A stretch of 64,000 bases of DNA, taken from contig JABCZR010000005.1 in assembly GCA_013289585.1 (NCBI GenBank), forward strand, positions 46,117 through 110,116, given 5' to 3'. Source of the DNA: Acidobacteriota bacterium. GTDB lineage: Bacteria; Acidobacteriota; Terriglobia; Acidiferrales; UBA7541. The position numbers and the translations under genes are program-made. A model generated the notes under the pieces. That model was not told the origin of the DNA, did no database searches, and saw nothing but the letters and a program-made list of their open reading frames with translations. This document shows, one piece after another, positions 9,326-17,251 of this stretch; within the stretch, counting starts at the first letter, position 1; every line of letters begins with the position of its first letter.

Positions 9326-10888
9326 TTACATGCCTCCCGTGGCGTTCACGCTGAGTTGCTTGGTTGCGATCGGCTGGCCATTCTTTTTTGCGAGGATGGT
9401 GACTTGCCAGGTTCCGCCGTTTTCCAGCAGGCCCGAACCTTCATACAGACCGTTGCCTTTGTCGCTGAGAGTAACGGGCACGCGCATCGACGCCATGCCC
9501 ATCGCGGGCATCGCCGGCATGGAAAACGTCACGCTGACTTCCGCACCGGAGATAGGCGCTCCACCCGCATCTGTGAGTTTCACGCGGAAGACATTGCTTC
9601 CTTTCCGCGGTGTGCTCGGGTCAGAACTCAATTCGACATTTCCTTGCGGAGAACTTGAAGCGGAAGCCGCGCTTGCACCTGGTGGAGGTGGAACGAATGA
9701 ACCGAGTGCAGCCTGAAGCTGGCTTTCGGAATCGATCAGGAAGTTTGCGGAGGTGATAATTTGCTCACCCACCTTCAATCCCTTCAGCACGATAAAATCA
9801 TCACCCACGCGGGTGCCTAACTGCACTTCGCGCGGCTCGATGTAACCGTCGCTACGCTCGACAAAAGCAATCTCGCGAGTGCCAGACTGCAGGACACCGC
9901 TTGCGGGGATGACTAGCTGGTTTCCCATCGAGACCTTCAGACTTACGTTGACGAACATGCCGGGTTTGAGTTGCAACCCAGGATTCGAAAAGACAACGCG
10001 CACTTTGGCCGTTCGCGTATCCATATCCACTTGCGGATAGATAAAGTCCACGCGGCCCGTGAACGTCCGGCCGGCATAGGTATTCACCGTGAGCATTGCG
10101 GGAGCGCCGATCTTGATACGTTCGAGATCGTTCTGGAAGACCTGCGCCTGAACCCAAACGGTCGAAAGGTCCGCAATGGTGTAGAGGCGCATTTCCGGTT
10201 GAACGGCAACGCTGGGCAGAGCATTGCGTTCGGTGATGTACCCAGAGGCCGGCGAATCGACTTCCAGTTCCTGCTGCGCTTGGCCGGTGGATTCGAGCCG
10301 GTCGATTTCTTTTTGTGGAACACCCCACTGTTTGAGACGCTCTGCAGTCGCGTCGAGCAGCGATGTTGCACTGAACGCAACACCTTGCACGGTACTCTGT
10401 GCCACTTGCCGCTGATTCTGCCTGGCCACCAAATATTCCCGTTCGGTGGCCACTAGCTCCGGGCTGTAAACTGTGAAGAGCGGCTGCCCTTTTCTGACGT
10501 ATTGGTACGTGGCATCGGCAAACACCTTTTGGATATAGCCGGAAAACCGCACTTGGACATAGGCCAGCCGCCTTTCATCCACAGCGACACTGCCGGTAGT
10601 GCGAATCTCGTCTGTGACCAATTTCCGTTCGACTTTGCCAGTCTTCACACCGATGCTCTGCAACCGTTGTGGAGAGATCTGCACTGGAACGAGCGACGCC
10701 TCGGTCGCCGCAGGGGGCGCAGCCATCGAGGTGGCCATAGAATCCTGCGCGGTGGAATTCGGCGACTTGGTTTCCAGGTTCGCCGTCGTCTTCGATGCGC
10801 GATAGTGCAGCCACAATCCGACGAGCACGACCGCGAGCACGATGTTTCCAATCAATGCCAGCAAAAATCTTGTGCGATACGCTTTCAT
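9326..10888 (-). CDS. cusB: CusB-like periplasmic adaptor with an extra C-terminal Met-rich beta-domain
   Basis: RFSGYIQKV, KGQPLFTVYSPELVATEREYL, LKPGMFVNV and SANFLIDSESQL, followed by about 110 extra residues containing FSMPAMPAMGM and GTWQVTI. Confidence 0.85.
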   Translation of the reverse strand: MKAYRTRFLLALIGNIVLAVVLVGLWLHYRASKTTANLETKSPNSTAQDSMATSMAAPPAATEASLVPVQISPQRLQSIGVKTGKVERKLVTDEIRTTGSVAVDERRLAYVQVRFSGYIQKVFADATYQYVRKGQPLFTVYSPELVATEREYLVARQNQRQVAQSTVQGVAFSATSLLDATAERLKQWGVPQKEIDRLESTGQAQQELEVDSPASGYITERNALPSVAVQPEMRLYTIADLSTVWVQAQVFQNDLERIKIGAPAMLTVNTYAGRTFTGRVDFIYPQVDMDTRTAKVRVVFSNPGLQLKPGMFVNVSLKVSMGNQLVIPASGVLQSGTREIAFVERSDGYIEPREVQLGTRVGDDFIVLKGLKVGEQIITSANFLIDSESQLQAALGSFVPPPPGASAASASSSPQGNVELSSDPSTPRKGSNVFRVKLTDAGGAPISGAEVSVTFSMPAMPAMGMASMRVPVTLSDKGNGLYEGSGLLENGGTWQVTILAKKNGQPIATKQLSVNATGGM

Positions 10889-12231
10889 TGCTTCACTCCT
10901 TCTTCCTGCAACGACAGTCCCGTGAGTTGTTCGAGCCGAGCGATGGCGGTCTCATATTCGGCGACGTTCTGCCAGTAGTCCTCGTCCAGATGCAGGACAT
11001 CGAGAAACGCTGTCAGTACCGCCTGAAAATCTTGTTTGTTCGATTGGTAAGCGGCGAGGCCCGATTGAAATTCCGACCGCGCCTGCGGAGACAGCCCTTC
11101 GCGGTGAATCTTGAGCAGTTCGGAGGTCTGCTGCACGATCACATATTGCGAGCGTAGTTCGGAGGCGAGTTGCTGCGCTTGGACCTGGAGTTCGCTTCCC
11201 GCCCGAAGCCTTTCGGATTCGGCCTGGGCCAGTTCGGGACGCTGTTTGCGGCTGCGATAGATCGGGACTTTGATGCCAACGCTGAGCATGTAATAGGCGC
11301 GGAATTGCGCGGGGTCGGTCCGTTGCCACATGTACTGCACGTTGAAGTCAGGATAGAAGTCTTTGCGTGCCAGGTTTACCTGTAACGACTGCTTTTCAAT
11401 CGTTTTCTGCGCGGCAGTGATTTCTGGATTCTGTACTTGCGCTGCGGCTAGGAGATCGGCGTAGGTTTGCGCAAGAGGCGTTTCGAGGAGATCGGCCGGC
11501 TCAATGTCCGGTGATTCCTGTGGACGATTGAGGAGCTGTTTGAGCTGGACTTCGAGCTTGCCAGCCTGCAGGTGATGCATGGCGATTTCGCGAAGCAGTT
11601 TGGTTTTTTGGAGTTGCGCCTGGAGGACGTCCTGCTGCGTTCCCATGCCGGAGCGGTAGCGGGCGTCGGCGGCCTGTTCCACTTGCTTGAGCAGCTTGCC
11701 GTCCTCTTCGAGGAGCGTGAGTGTTTTAGAGAGGTACGCTAGCTGGAAGTAGGTGCTTTTGACCTCAGTGAGGACGGCGCGCCGCACGGACTCGATTTGT
11801 TGCTGTGAAACATCCGCGTCGCGCTTTGCAATCTCGCCTTTCAAGCGCAGCTTGCCTGGGTACGGAATGTCTTGTGAAACACCGAAGCCGAGATAGGCGA
11901 AGTCGCTGTTGGTGTAGCCGGCAAAGGGACGAGGGCTTCCGACGCTGACATGCTGCAAATTGAATTGTGGGTCGGGAAGCGTCGAGACTTGTGTCGGCAC
12001 TTGCTTTGCTGCTTCCCAGCCGTGTCGCGCCGCTTCGATTTGCGGATTGTTTTTCTCCGCTTCCGTGAGCAACTCGGAGAGTGGAGTTGCCACTCCCGCG
12101 TGCGAGGATGCCGGTTCTTGGGCAAAGGCGCTTCCACCGAACGCAACAAAAAGCAAAAGCGCAGAAATACTTCGACTCAGAGCTACGCACGACAAGCGCG
12201 CAGCGAAGATCCATTTCGCTATCGAAAACAT
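10885..12231 (-). CDS. TolC family outer membrane efflux protein
   Basis: NNPQIEAAR, PYPGKLRL, ARYRSGMGTQQDVLQAQ and YPDF motifs. ATG at 12231 follows CAGGAG. Stop overlaps the cusB start. Confidence 0.88.
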   Translation of the reverse strand: MFSIAKWIFAARLSCVALSRSISALLLFVAFGGSAFAQEPASSHAGVATPLSELLTEAEKNNPQIEAARHGWEAAKQVPTQVSTLPDPQFNLQHVSVGSPRPFAGYTNSDFAYLGFGVSQDIPYPGKLRLKGEIAKRDADVSQQQIESVRRAVLTEVKSTYFQLAYLSKTLTLLEEDGKLLKQVEQAADARYRSGMGTQQDVLQAQLQKTKLLREIAMHHLQAGKLEVQLKQLLNRPQESPDIEPADLLETPLAQTYADLLAAAQVQNPEITAAQKTIEKQSLQVNLARKDFYPDFNVQYMWQRTDPAQFRAYYMLSVGIKVPIYRSRKQRPELAQAESERLRAGSELQVQAQQLASELRSQYVIVQQTSELLKIHREGLSPQARSEFQSGLAAYQSNKQDFQAVLTAFLDVLHLDEDYWQNVAEYETAIARLEQLTGLSLQEEGVKQ

Positions 12232-12348
12232 CTTTTTCTCCTGAACGTGGACCACGAAGCCGTAGATAGTCGGCGAGTCGCCAATTGGGTCTCGACCGAA
12301 ATCACATCGGGGGTTTAAAGGAACAGCAGAAACACAACAAGAGACAGG

Positions 12349-12368
12349 ACGGTGCGCCGCCGCACCGT
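12349..12368 (-). terminator. GC-rich hairpin just after the leader ORF (possible attenuator)
   Basis: ACGGTGCG-CCGC-CGCACCGT, 8-bp perfect stem. The minus-strand downstream tract is C/U-rich but not a clean U run. Confidence 0.4.
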
Positions 12369-12379
12369 GGAGAAGCGGA

Positions 12380-12730
12380 TCAGATCAGGAGAGAAGAATG
12401 AAGAGTGTACAGCTCTGGAGGTGAATGCTGAGGAGCCTCGAAATCCAAGCGAGAAACTTCGGCGTAAGGCGTCGCCTGGGGCGAAGCATTAACATCGGTG
12501 ACAACCATCACCGGCGCATGAAGCGTTATGTGAGCGACCGGCAACACGCTTGGAGATTGAGGCGAAACCATGCCCTTGCAGCAATCGTGACTTTGGTTCG
12601 ACGGATCGCAGGGCATGGAGCCGCAGCATTGCATACTCCGCTGATCCTGCGTCGTCGCGGACATGCAGTCCGCAAATTGCAGACCCAACAAGGCGACCAG
12701 CGCCACGAAGATGAGTAGTTTCTTGCTCAT
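12380..12730 (-). CDS. Small exported Cys-rich hypothetical protein (putative leader of the copper efflux operon)
   Basis: Signal peptide MSKKLLIFVALVALLGLQFA, six Cys (including CC..C and CC) and C-terminal QHSPPELYTLHSSLLI. First gene of the operon. Confidence 0.7.
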   Translation of the reverse strand: MSKKLLIFVALVALLGLQFADCMSATTQDQRSMQCCGSMPCDPSNQSHDCCKGMVSPQSPSVLPVAHITLHAPVMVVTDVNASPQATPYAEVSRLDFEAPQHSPPELYTLHSSLLI

Positions 12731-13040
12731 TGCCCTATTTGGACTCTAGGTGGATTAGACGCTTGAGTCAACGAAAGGATACAGCGCAGGTCGCACTCAT
12801 CGCACGCGTGACCGAGAGCTGAATGAAGCCCTGATTTTTGTTTGAAGTCGCGAAACTCCGCGTCATTTCTTCCCGAAGGGACGCTGTCAGGAAACTGTAA
12901 CGGTAGTCGTGGAAAATTCGTGAGAACTTGCGAATAAAAGGTGAATAAAGAGGAGAAGTTGACGCTCACGTTTCATCGCAACTTGCTGATTCTCCTCGGA
13001 AAACTCCCGCTCCGGAAAATCATTAATAAGTAACTCCAGT

Positions 13041-13090
13041 GGCTGTTAACCGAAGGGCTGCTCGTTTGAATCTCGCCCGTGAAGGAGCCA
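13041..13090 (+). pseudogene. Degenerate 3' half of a tRNA-Asn(GTT), probable att remnant
   Basis: GGCTGTTAACCGAAGGGCTGCTCGTTTGAATCTCGCCCGTGAAGGAGCCA: anticodon loop CTGTTAA, mutated T-loop (TTTGAAT) and GCCA end. No D-arm or acceptor 5' strand upstream. Confidence 0.75.
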
Positions 13091-13338
13091 AATTCTTCAC
13101 GTCCCACTGACAATACTGTCCATTTCAGATGTGCGGAACTAATCGAAGGCGATCTTCTGGGTTCTCTGGCCCCGGAGCTTTCCTAGGTCCGTCAATCTCC
13201 ATCGCAACGTCGTCGGCGCGATGCCCGAAGCCGTGCCTGTGTGTAGAAGGGGAGCCGAGTTTGCGCGGCGAACGAATCGGAAACGCGAGCAAGAAAACGA
13301 GCCGCTCAATTCGCGACAAGGGAAGGAGCGAGAAGTCC

Positions 13339-13378
13339 TGTTGCACAAAATTCTGCGTGTTGCACATTCTGTTGCACA
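13339..13378. repeat. Three direct 9-bp repeats TGTTGCACA (arm-type integrase site candidates)
   Basis: Exact copies start at 13339, 13358 and 13370, about 100-135 bp from the tRNA-Ser fragment end. Confidence 0.65.
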
Positions 13379-13432
13379 AAACGCTGCCAAGACCGCCCAA
13401 AACACCCCATTTCGATGTAGTACTGTGTACCG

Positions 13433-13445
13433 TAAGTTGTTGATT
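13433..13445 (-). promoter_or_regulatory. IHF-type binding site
   Basis: Minus strand AATCAACAACTTA is a perfect match to WATCAANNNNTTR and lies between the arm repeats and the tRNA core. Confidence 0.6.
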
Positions 13446-13474
13446 TGTTTCAGGTGGGGGTACTACCTAACGAA

Positions 13475-13513
13475 TTTCAAGACCGCCGGTTTCAACCGCT
13501 CACCCACTCCTCC
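13475..13513 (-). pseudogene. 5' half of tRNA-Ser(TGA) ending at the anticodon loop (att site)
   Basis: Minus strand GGAGGAGTGGGTGAGCGGTTGAAACCGGCGGTCTTGAAA, then TTCGTT where the stem requires ACCGC. Confidence 0.85.
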
Positions 13514-13517
13514 GTTT

Positions 13518-13682
13518 CTAATTATAACCAACTGTATTTAGTGGGCTTATTGGTGACACTTTCGGCTTCGATTGCTGCAATTTGGTGCATAGTGTCACCA
13601 AATTGTCACTAAAACCTTCCAGTTTTTGCTTCGCATTTCGCTTGGCGTCGAGATTTGTGTGCGTGTAGTGCAAGGTTACGGT
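13518..13682 (-). pseudogene. C-terminal remnant of a tyrosine integrase
   Basis: Manual translation TVTLHYTHTNLDAKRNAKQKLEGFSDNLVTLCTKLQQSKPKVSPISPLNTVGYN*. The YTH catalytic-Tyr-like motif and the stop 4 bp before the tRNA-Ser 5' end fit; upstream sequence is not integrase-like. Confidence 0.65.
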
Positions 13683-13907
13683 GGGTGCTTCTCGACTCTG
13701 CCGAATTGAATTAGTGGCTATGTGAGCGACGCTTGACGACGCACCCTTCCAATTCCATTTTGACCTTCTGGTTTACTTCTCGGTACGAGCGGGAGTAACA
13801 TGAGCTCCAACCCGGGTCTGGCGACCTGCATCTTGGCACCACGCAGGAGCCTTCCGATTTCCCAGTGCAGCTAGAACGGTCCACTGGGGCTAGGTGCTAC
13901 TCTTCCA

Positions 13908-16541
13908 ATGGCCGAGCCCCGCATGCAATCCGACATTGCCGTGACTTCCGCTCGGGATCTGAGCGGAACAACCATCGGTAGATTTGCGATCCAGGAGCTG
14001 CTTGGCAAGGGCGGCATGGGCGAAGTCTACCGTGCAAGTGATCTTCGTTTGAAGCGTCAAGTGGCTCTCAAGCGCATTGCGCCACACCTCCGTGGTGACA
14101 AGCGCTCCCGAGAGCGGCTTTGGAAAGAAGCGGAATGGGCATCTCGCCTCAGCGATCCTCACATCGCTGCAGTTCACGACGTCATCGAGGAAGAAAGCGA
14201 ACTTTTCATCGTCATGGAGTACGTCGAAGGGCAGACACTGCGTCGGCGCCTTGCGGAGCCGATCCCAGTCCTCGAATTCTTGCCCATCGCTACGGAGTGC
14301 GCCCTGGCCCTGGCGGCGGCACACAATGCGGGTGTCGTTCATCACGACATCAAGCCGGAAAATATCATGTTGACTACATCAGGCCAAGTCAAGGTCTTGG
14401 ACTTTGGTGTGGCCAAAAACCTTCCCAGCCGGCCTGAATCTTCGACTTTGAGCACGCAAACCTGCACGGAGTTTGCGGGGACATTGAATTACATGGCGCC
14501 TGAAGCCGTTCGCGAGGAGGAATCCGATTCTCGTGCCGATATCTTTTCTCTTGGTATAGTTTTTTACGAGGCAATTGCAGGGAGCAATCCTTTCCGCGCC
14601 AAGAGCTTTCTCGAGACCAGCGATCGCATCTTGCACCATGACCAGGTTCCATTGTGCGAATTGAATCCGAAGTTGCCTGCGGAGTTCGACCGCATCGTAG
14701 GCAAGATGTTAGCTAAGGACTCCGCACGGAGGTACTCAACGGCAGCCGATTTGGCGGTTGACCTGCGCGCTCTGGAACGCTCACTCACCGAGTCAGGAGT
14801 ACACGTTATCAGACAGCTGCCTGTTGCAAGACGTCGATGGGTCATGCCCTGGGGCCCACTCATTCTGGCGGCAGCGTCCTTAGTCGCAATCGCGGTATAT
14901 ACCCCCGCTCGACAGCAGCTCAAGGCTTGGCTGGGTATTAGTTCAATACCCCGTACAAAACAGGTCGCCGTATTGCCGCTCAGCGTTGCAGATGGCGATG
15001 CGCAAACTGCAGCGTTCGGGGCCGGCCTTACTGAGACGCTTACCGCCAAGCTCACGCAACTCACCGGAGATCCCTCGTTGCAAGTGGTTCCCGCAACTGA
15101 GATACGCGGCAAGCATGTCAGCACGGTGGACGACGCACGCAAGGAGTTCGGCGTAAATCTAGTACTCGAAGGCAGCCTGCATAAATCGGGCCAACAAGTA
15201 CGCGTCAATTACATTTTGGTGGATGCTCGGACGCGCCGCCAATTGGGCGCTGAGAGTCTGACTCTTGCCGAGATGGATTCCTTTGCGGCCGAAGACGCGG
15301 TCGTGAATGGGGCAATACAGATGCTCGAGCTCGAGATCCAGGGTCGCCAACGAAAAACTCTTGAGAGTCACGGGACACAGGTAGTCGGAGCTTATGACTA
15401 TTACCTGCAGGGGAGAGGATATCTTCAAAACTATGACCGGGTGGAGAATCTCGATAGTGCCATCCAAGTCTTCAAACGCGCCCTGGCTCTCGATCCCAGC
15501 TACGCCTTGGCTTACGCGGGTCTGGGCGACGCTTATTGGAAGAAATACCGGAGCAACAAAGAACCCTCATGGATTGAAAAAAGTCGCGAAGCCTGCCAAC
15601 AGGCCAGTCGTTTGGACAGCAGGTTGTCTTCCGCCCATTCCTGTTTAGGGACGCTATCCGCGGGAACGGGAAACTATCAGGAGGCGGCGCGAGAATTCGA
15701 ACAGGCCGCTGAGACCGAACCAACTAATGACGACGCATTTCGCGGTCTGGCCGGAGCCTACGAGCATTTAGGCAAGCTCGAAGAGGCAGAAAATACATAT
15801 CGCAGGGCGATTCAGCTACGGCCTCACTATTGGGCTGGTTATAATTGGCTGGGGGCATTTTACTATCGACATGTGCGTTTCCCGGACGCTGCCGAGATGT
15901 TCAATCAAGTAGTGGCCCTTGCTCCTGACAGTTTCCTCGGCTATTCCAACCTGGGTGCCACCTACGTTGAGCAGGCCCGCTATGCAGACGCAATTAAAGT
16001 TCTTGAGCAGTCTATCGCGATACGTCCCTCCGACTATGGCTACACCAATCTCGGCAATGCTTACTTCTTCTTGCGGCGCTATGATGAAGCCGATCAGGCC
16101 TACGAACAGGCAATTAAGCTTGCGGAAAAGGATTCGCTCCTCTGGTGGAATCTGGGGGACGGATACTATTGGACACCAGGAAAACGTAGCCAATCAGTGG
16201 CTGCATATCGGCAAGGTATCACCATTGCGGAGGAAGAGCTCCGTGTCAATCCGAAGAATTCATATTCGTATGGCGTCCTCGCCATCTGCCACGCGATGCT
16301 CGGGGAGAAAAAATTGGCATTGAACGCCCTAGGGAGCGGACTCCGGCTCTCGCCGGCCGATCCGTTCCTGCTCTTTCAAGCCGCGTTGGTTTACAACCAG
16401 ATCGGTCAGTCAGATGAGGCTATCGCTTGGTTGAAGAAGGCACAGACTGCAGGGTATTCCCAGGCGCGCATACAAGACTACCCAAACTTTGATTCATTGT
16501 GGGCAAATCCGCGATCTAAGGAATTGCTCCGCGAGAAATAA
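13908..16541 (+). CDS. Hanks-type Ser/Thr kinase with TolB-like middle domain and C-terminal TPRs
   Basis: LGKGGMGEVY, VALK, HHDIKPEN, DFG, GTLNYMAPE and DIFSLG; VAVLPL and LVLEGS middle domain; multiple TPR motifs. Confidence 0.92.
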   Translation: MAEPRMQSDIAVTSARDLSGTTIGRFAIQELLGKGGMGEVYRASDLRLKRQVALKRIAPHLRGDKRSRERLWKEAEWASRLSDPHIAAVHDVIEEESELFIVMEYVEGQTLRRRLAEPIPVLEFLPIATECALALAAAHNAGVVHHDIKPENIMLTTSGQVKVLDFGVAKNLPSRPESSTLSTQTCTEFAGTLNYMAPEAVREEESDSRADIFSLGIVFYEAIAGSNPFRAKSFLETSDRILHHDQVPLCELNPKLPAEFDRIVGKMLAKDSARRYSTAADLAVDLRALERSLTESGVHVIRQLPVARRRWVMPWGPLILAAASLVAIAVYTPARQQLKAWLGISSIPRTKQVAVLPLSVADGDAQTAAFGAGLTETLTAKLTQLTGDPSLQVVPATEIRGKHVSTVDDARKEFGVNLVLEGSLHKSGQQVRVNYILVDARTRRQLGAESLTLAEMDSFAAEDAVVNGAIQMLELEIQGRQRKTLESHGTQVVGAYDYYLQGRGYLQNYDRVENLDSAIQVFKRALALDPSYALAYAGLGDAYWKKYRSNKEPSWIEKSREACQQASRLDSRLSSAHSCLGTLSAGTGNYQEAAREFEQAAETEPTNDDAFRGLAGAYEHLGKLEEAENTYRRAIQLRPHYWAGYNWLGAFYYRHVRFPDAAEMFNQVVALAPDSFLGYSNLGATYVEQARYADAIKVLEQSIAIRPSDYGYTNLGNAYFFLRRYDEADQAYEQAIKLAEKDSLLWWNLGDGYYWTPGKRSQSVAAYRQGITIAEEELRVNPKNSYSYGVLAICHAMLGEKKLALNALGSGLRLSPADPFLLFQAALVYNQIGQSDEAIAWLKKAQTAGYSQARIQDYPNFDSLWANPRSKELLREK

Positions 16542-16571
16542 CGTCATCTTTTTACGAGGAGGAGGTACAAA

Positions 16572-16934
16572 ATGTCTACCCCAGTACTCGGTCAAGTCAG
16601 TCGAGAGGAAGTCAGTCGAGAGGTTATCGTCAATGTTGGGCTGGATAGTAAAGAGAGCATCGAGGTATTTCCGCCTTATTTTCAAGTCAGCAAGAGCAAG
16701 AACGAAGAGGTGAGGTGGGTCTGCGCTCAGAAGCACGATCACACCAAGGATCGGCCTTGCTTCACCGTGGACTTCGAGAAAAACGGCTCGCCGTTCTACG
16801 AGTCCCAATTCAGCAGTGATGCTCCCGTTTCCGGTCTTGCAAAGCGCAGTGTCCTGCCAGGGCCGAAGATATACAACTACACCGTAAGGGTGGGCGACAA
16901 GACCTTGGACCCAGGCGGCGGCGTCAAAGAGTAA
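16572..16934 (+). CDS. Small hypothetical beta-rich protein, co-oriented with the kinase
   Basis: Strong RBS GGAGGAGGT before the ATG; ends YNYTVRVGDKTLDPGGGVKE. Confidence 0.75.
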   Translation: MSTPVLGQVSREEVSREVIVNVGLDSKESIEVFPPYFQVSKSKNEEVRWVCAQKHDHTKDRPCFTVDFEKNGSPFYESQFSSDAPVSGLAKRSVLPGPKIYNYTVRVGDKTLDPGGGVKE

Positions 16935-17181
16935 GCCAATCGAGTGCACGCAACCTGTCTGGCGTTGAGTAGCGGTTGGATTTGTGCCTTGTCGATGTCT
17001 GGCACCGCGAATGACCTAAGCACTGCACCGCAACATTAATAATGGCTGAATTGGCTGAATTTTGTTCAAGCATCCCCTGGGAAGGGCCGCTCGCCCGAGG
17101 AGGCCGTTCGATGCCTTCGGTGCAAATGGCGTGTGGCCTGAGTTTGTGGCACTCAAGTTTGCGAAGGGACTGAGCCACTAC

Positions 17182-17200
17182 TGTCACCAAATTGGCACTA
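17182..17200. repeat. 19-bp near-copy (18/19) of 13593-13611, probable element-end arm sequence
   Basis: TGTCACCAAATTGGCACTA versus TGTCACCAAATTGTCACTA, same orientation. Confidence 0.6.
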
Positions 17201-17251
17201 CAATTGACGCAAAATAAGCAAAACCGGGCAAATCCAGAAAACAGAAATTGG

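Noticed and set aside
13139-13405. Short ORFs spanning the att region
   Set aside because: They run through arm repeats and the spacer, with no RBS or recognisable motif.
16594-16623. 15-bp tandem duplication (AAGTCAGTCGAGAGG x2) at the start of the 120-aa gene
   Set aside because: An in-frame slippage duplication in a probably unstructured N-terminus; no sign of function.
16990-17030. VQCLGHSRCQTSTRH on the minus strand resembles an integrase box II (LGHS)
   Set aside because: A four-residue match with no catalytic Tyr at the expected spacing and no upstream R or HxxR motifs; could be chance.
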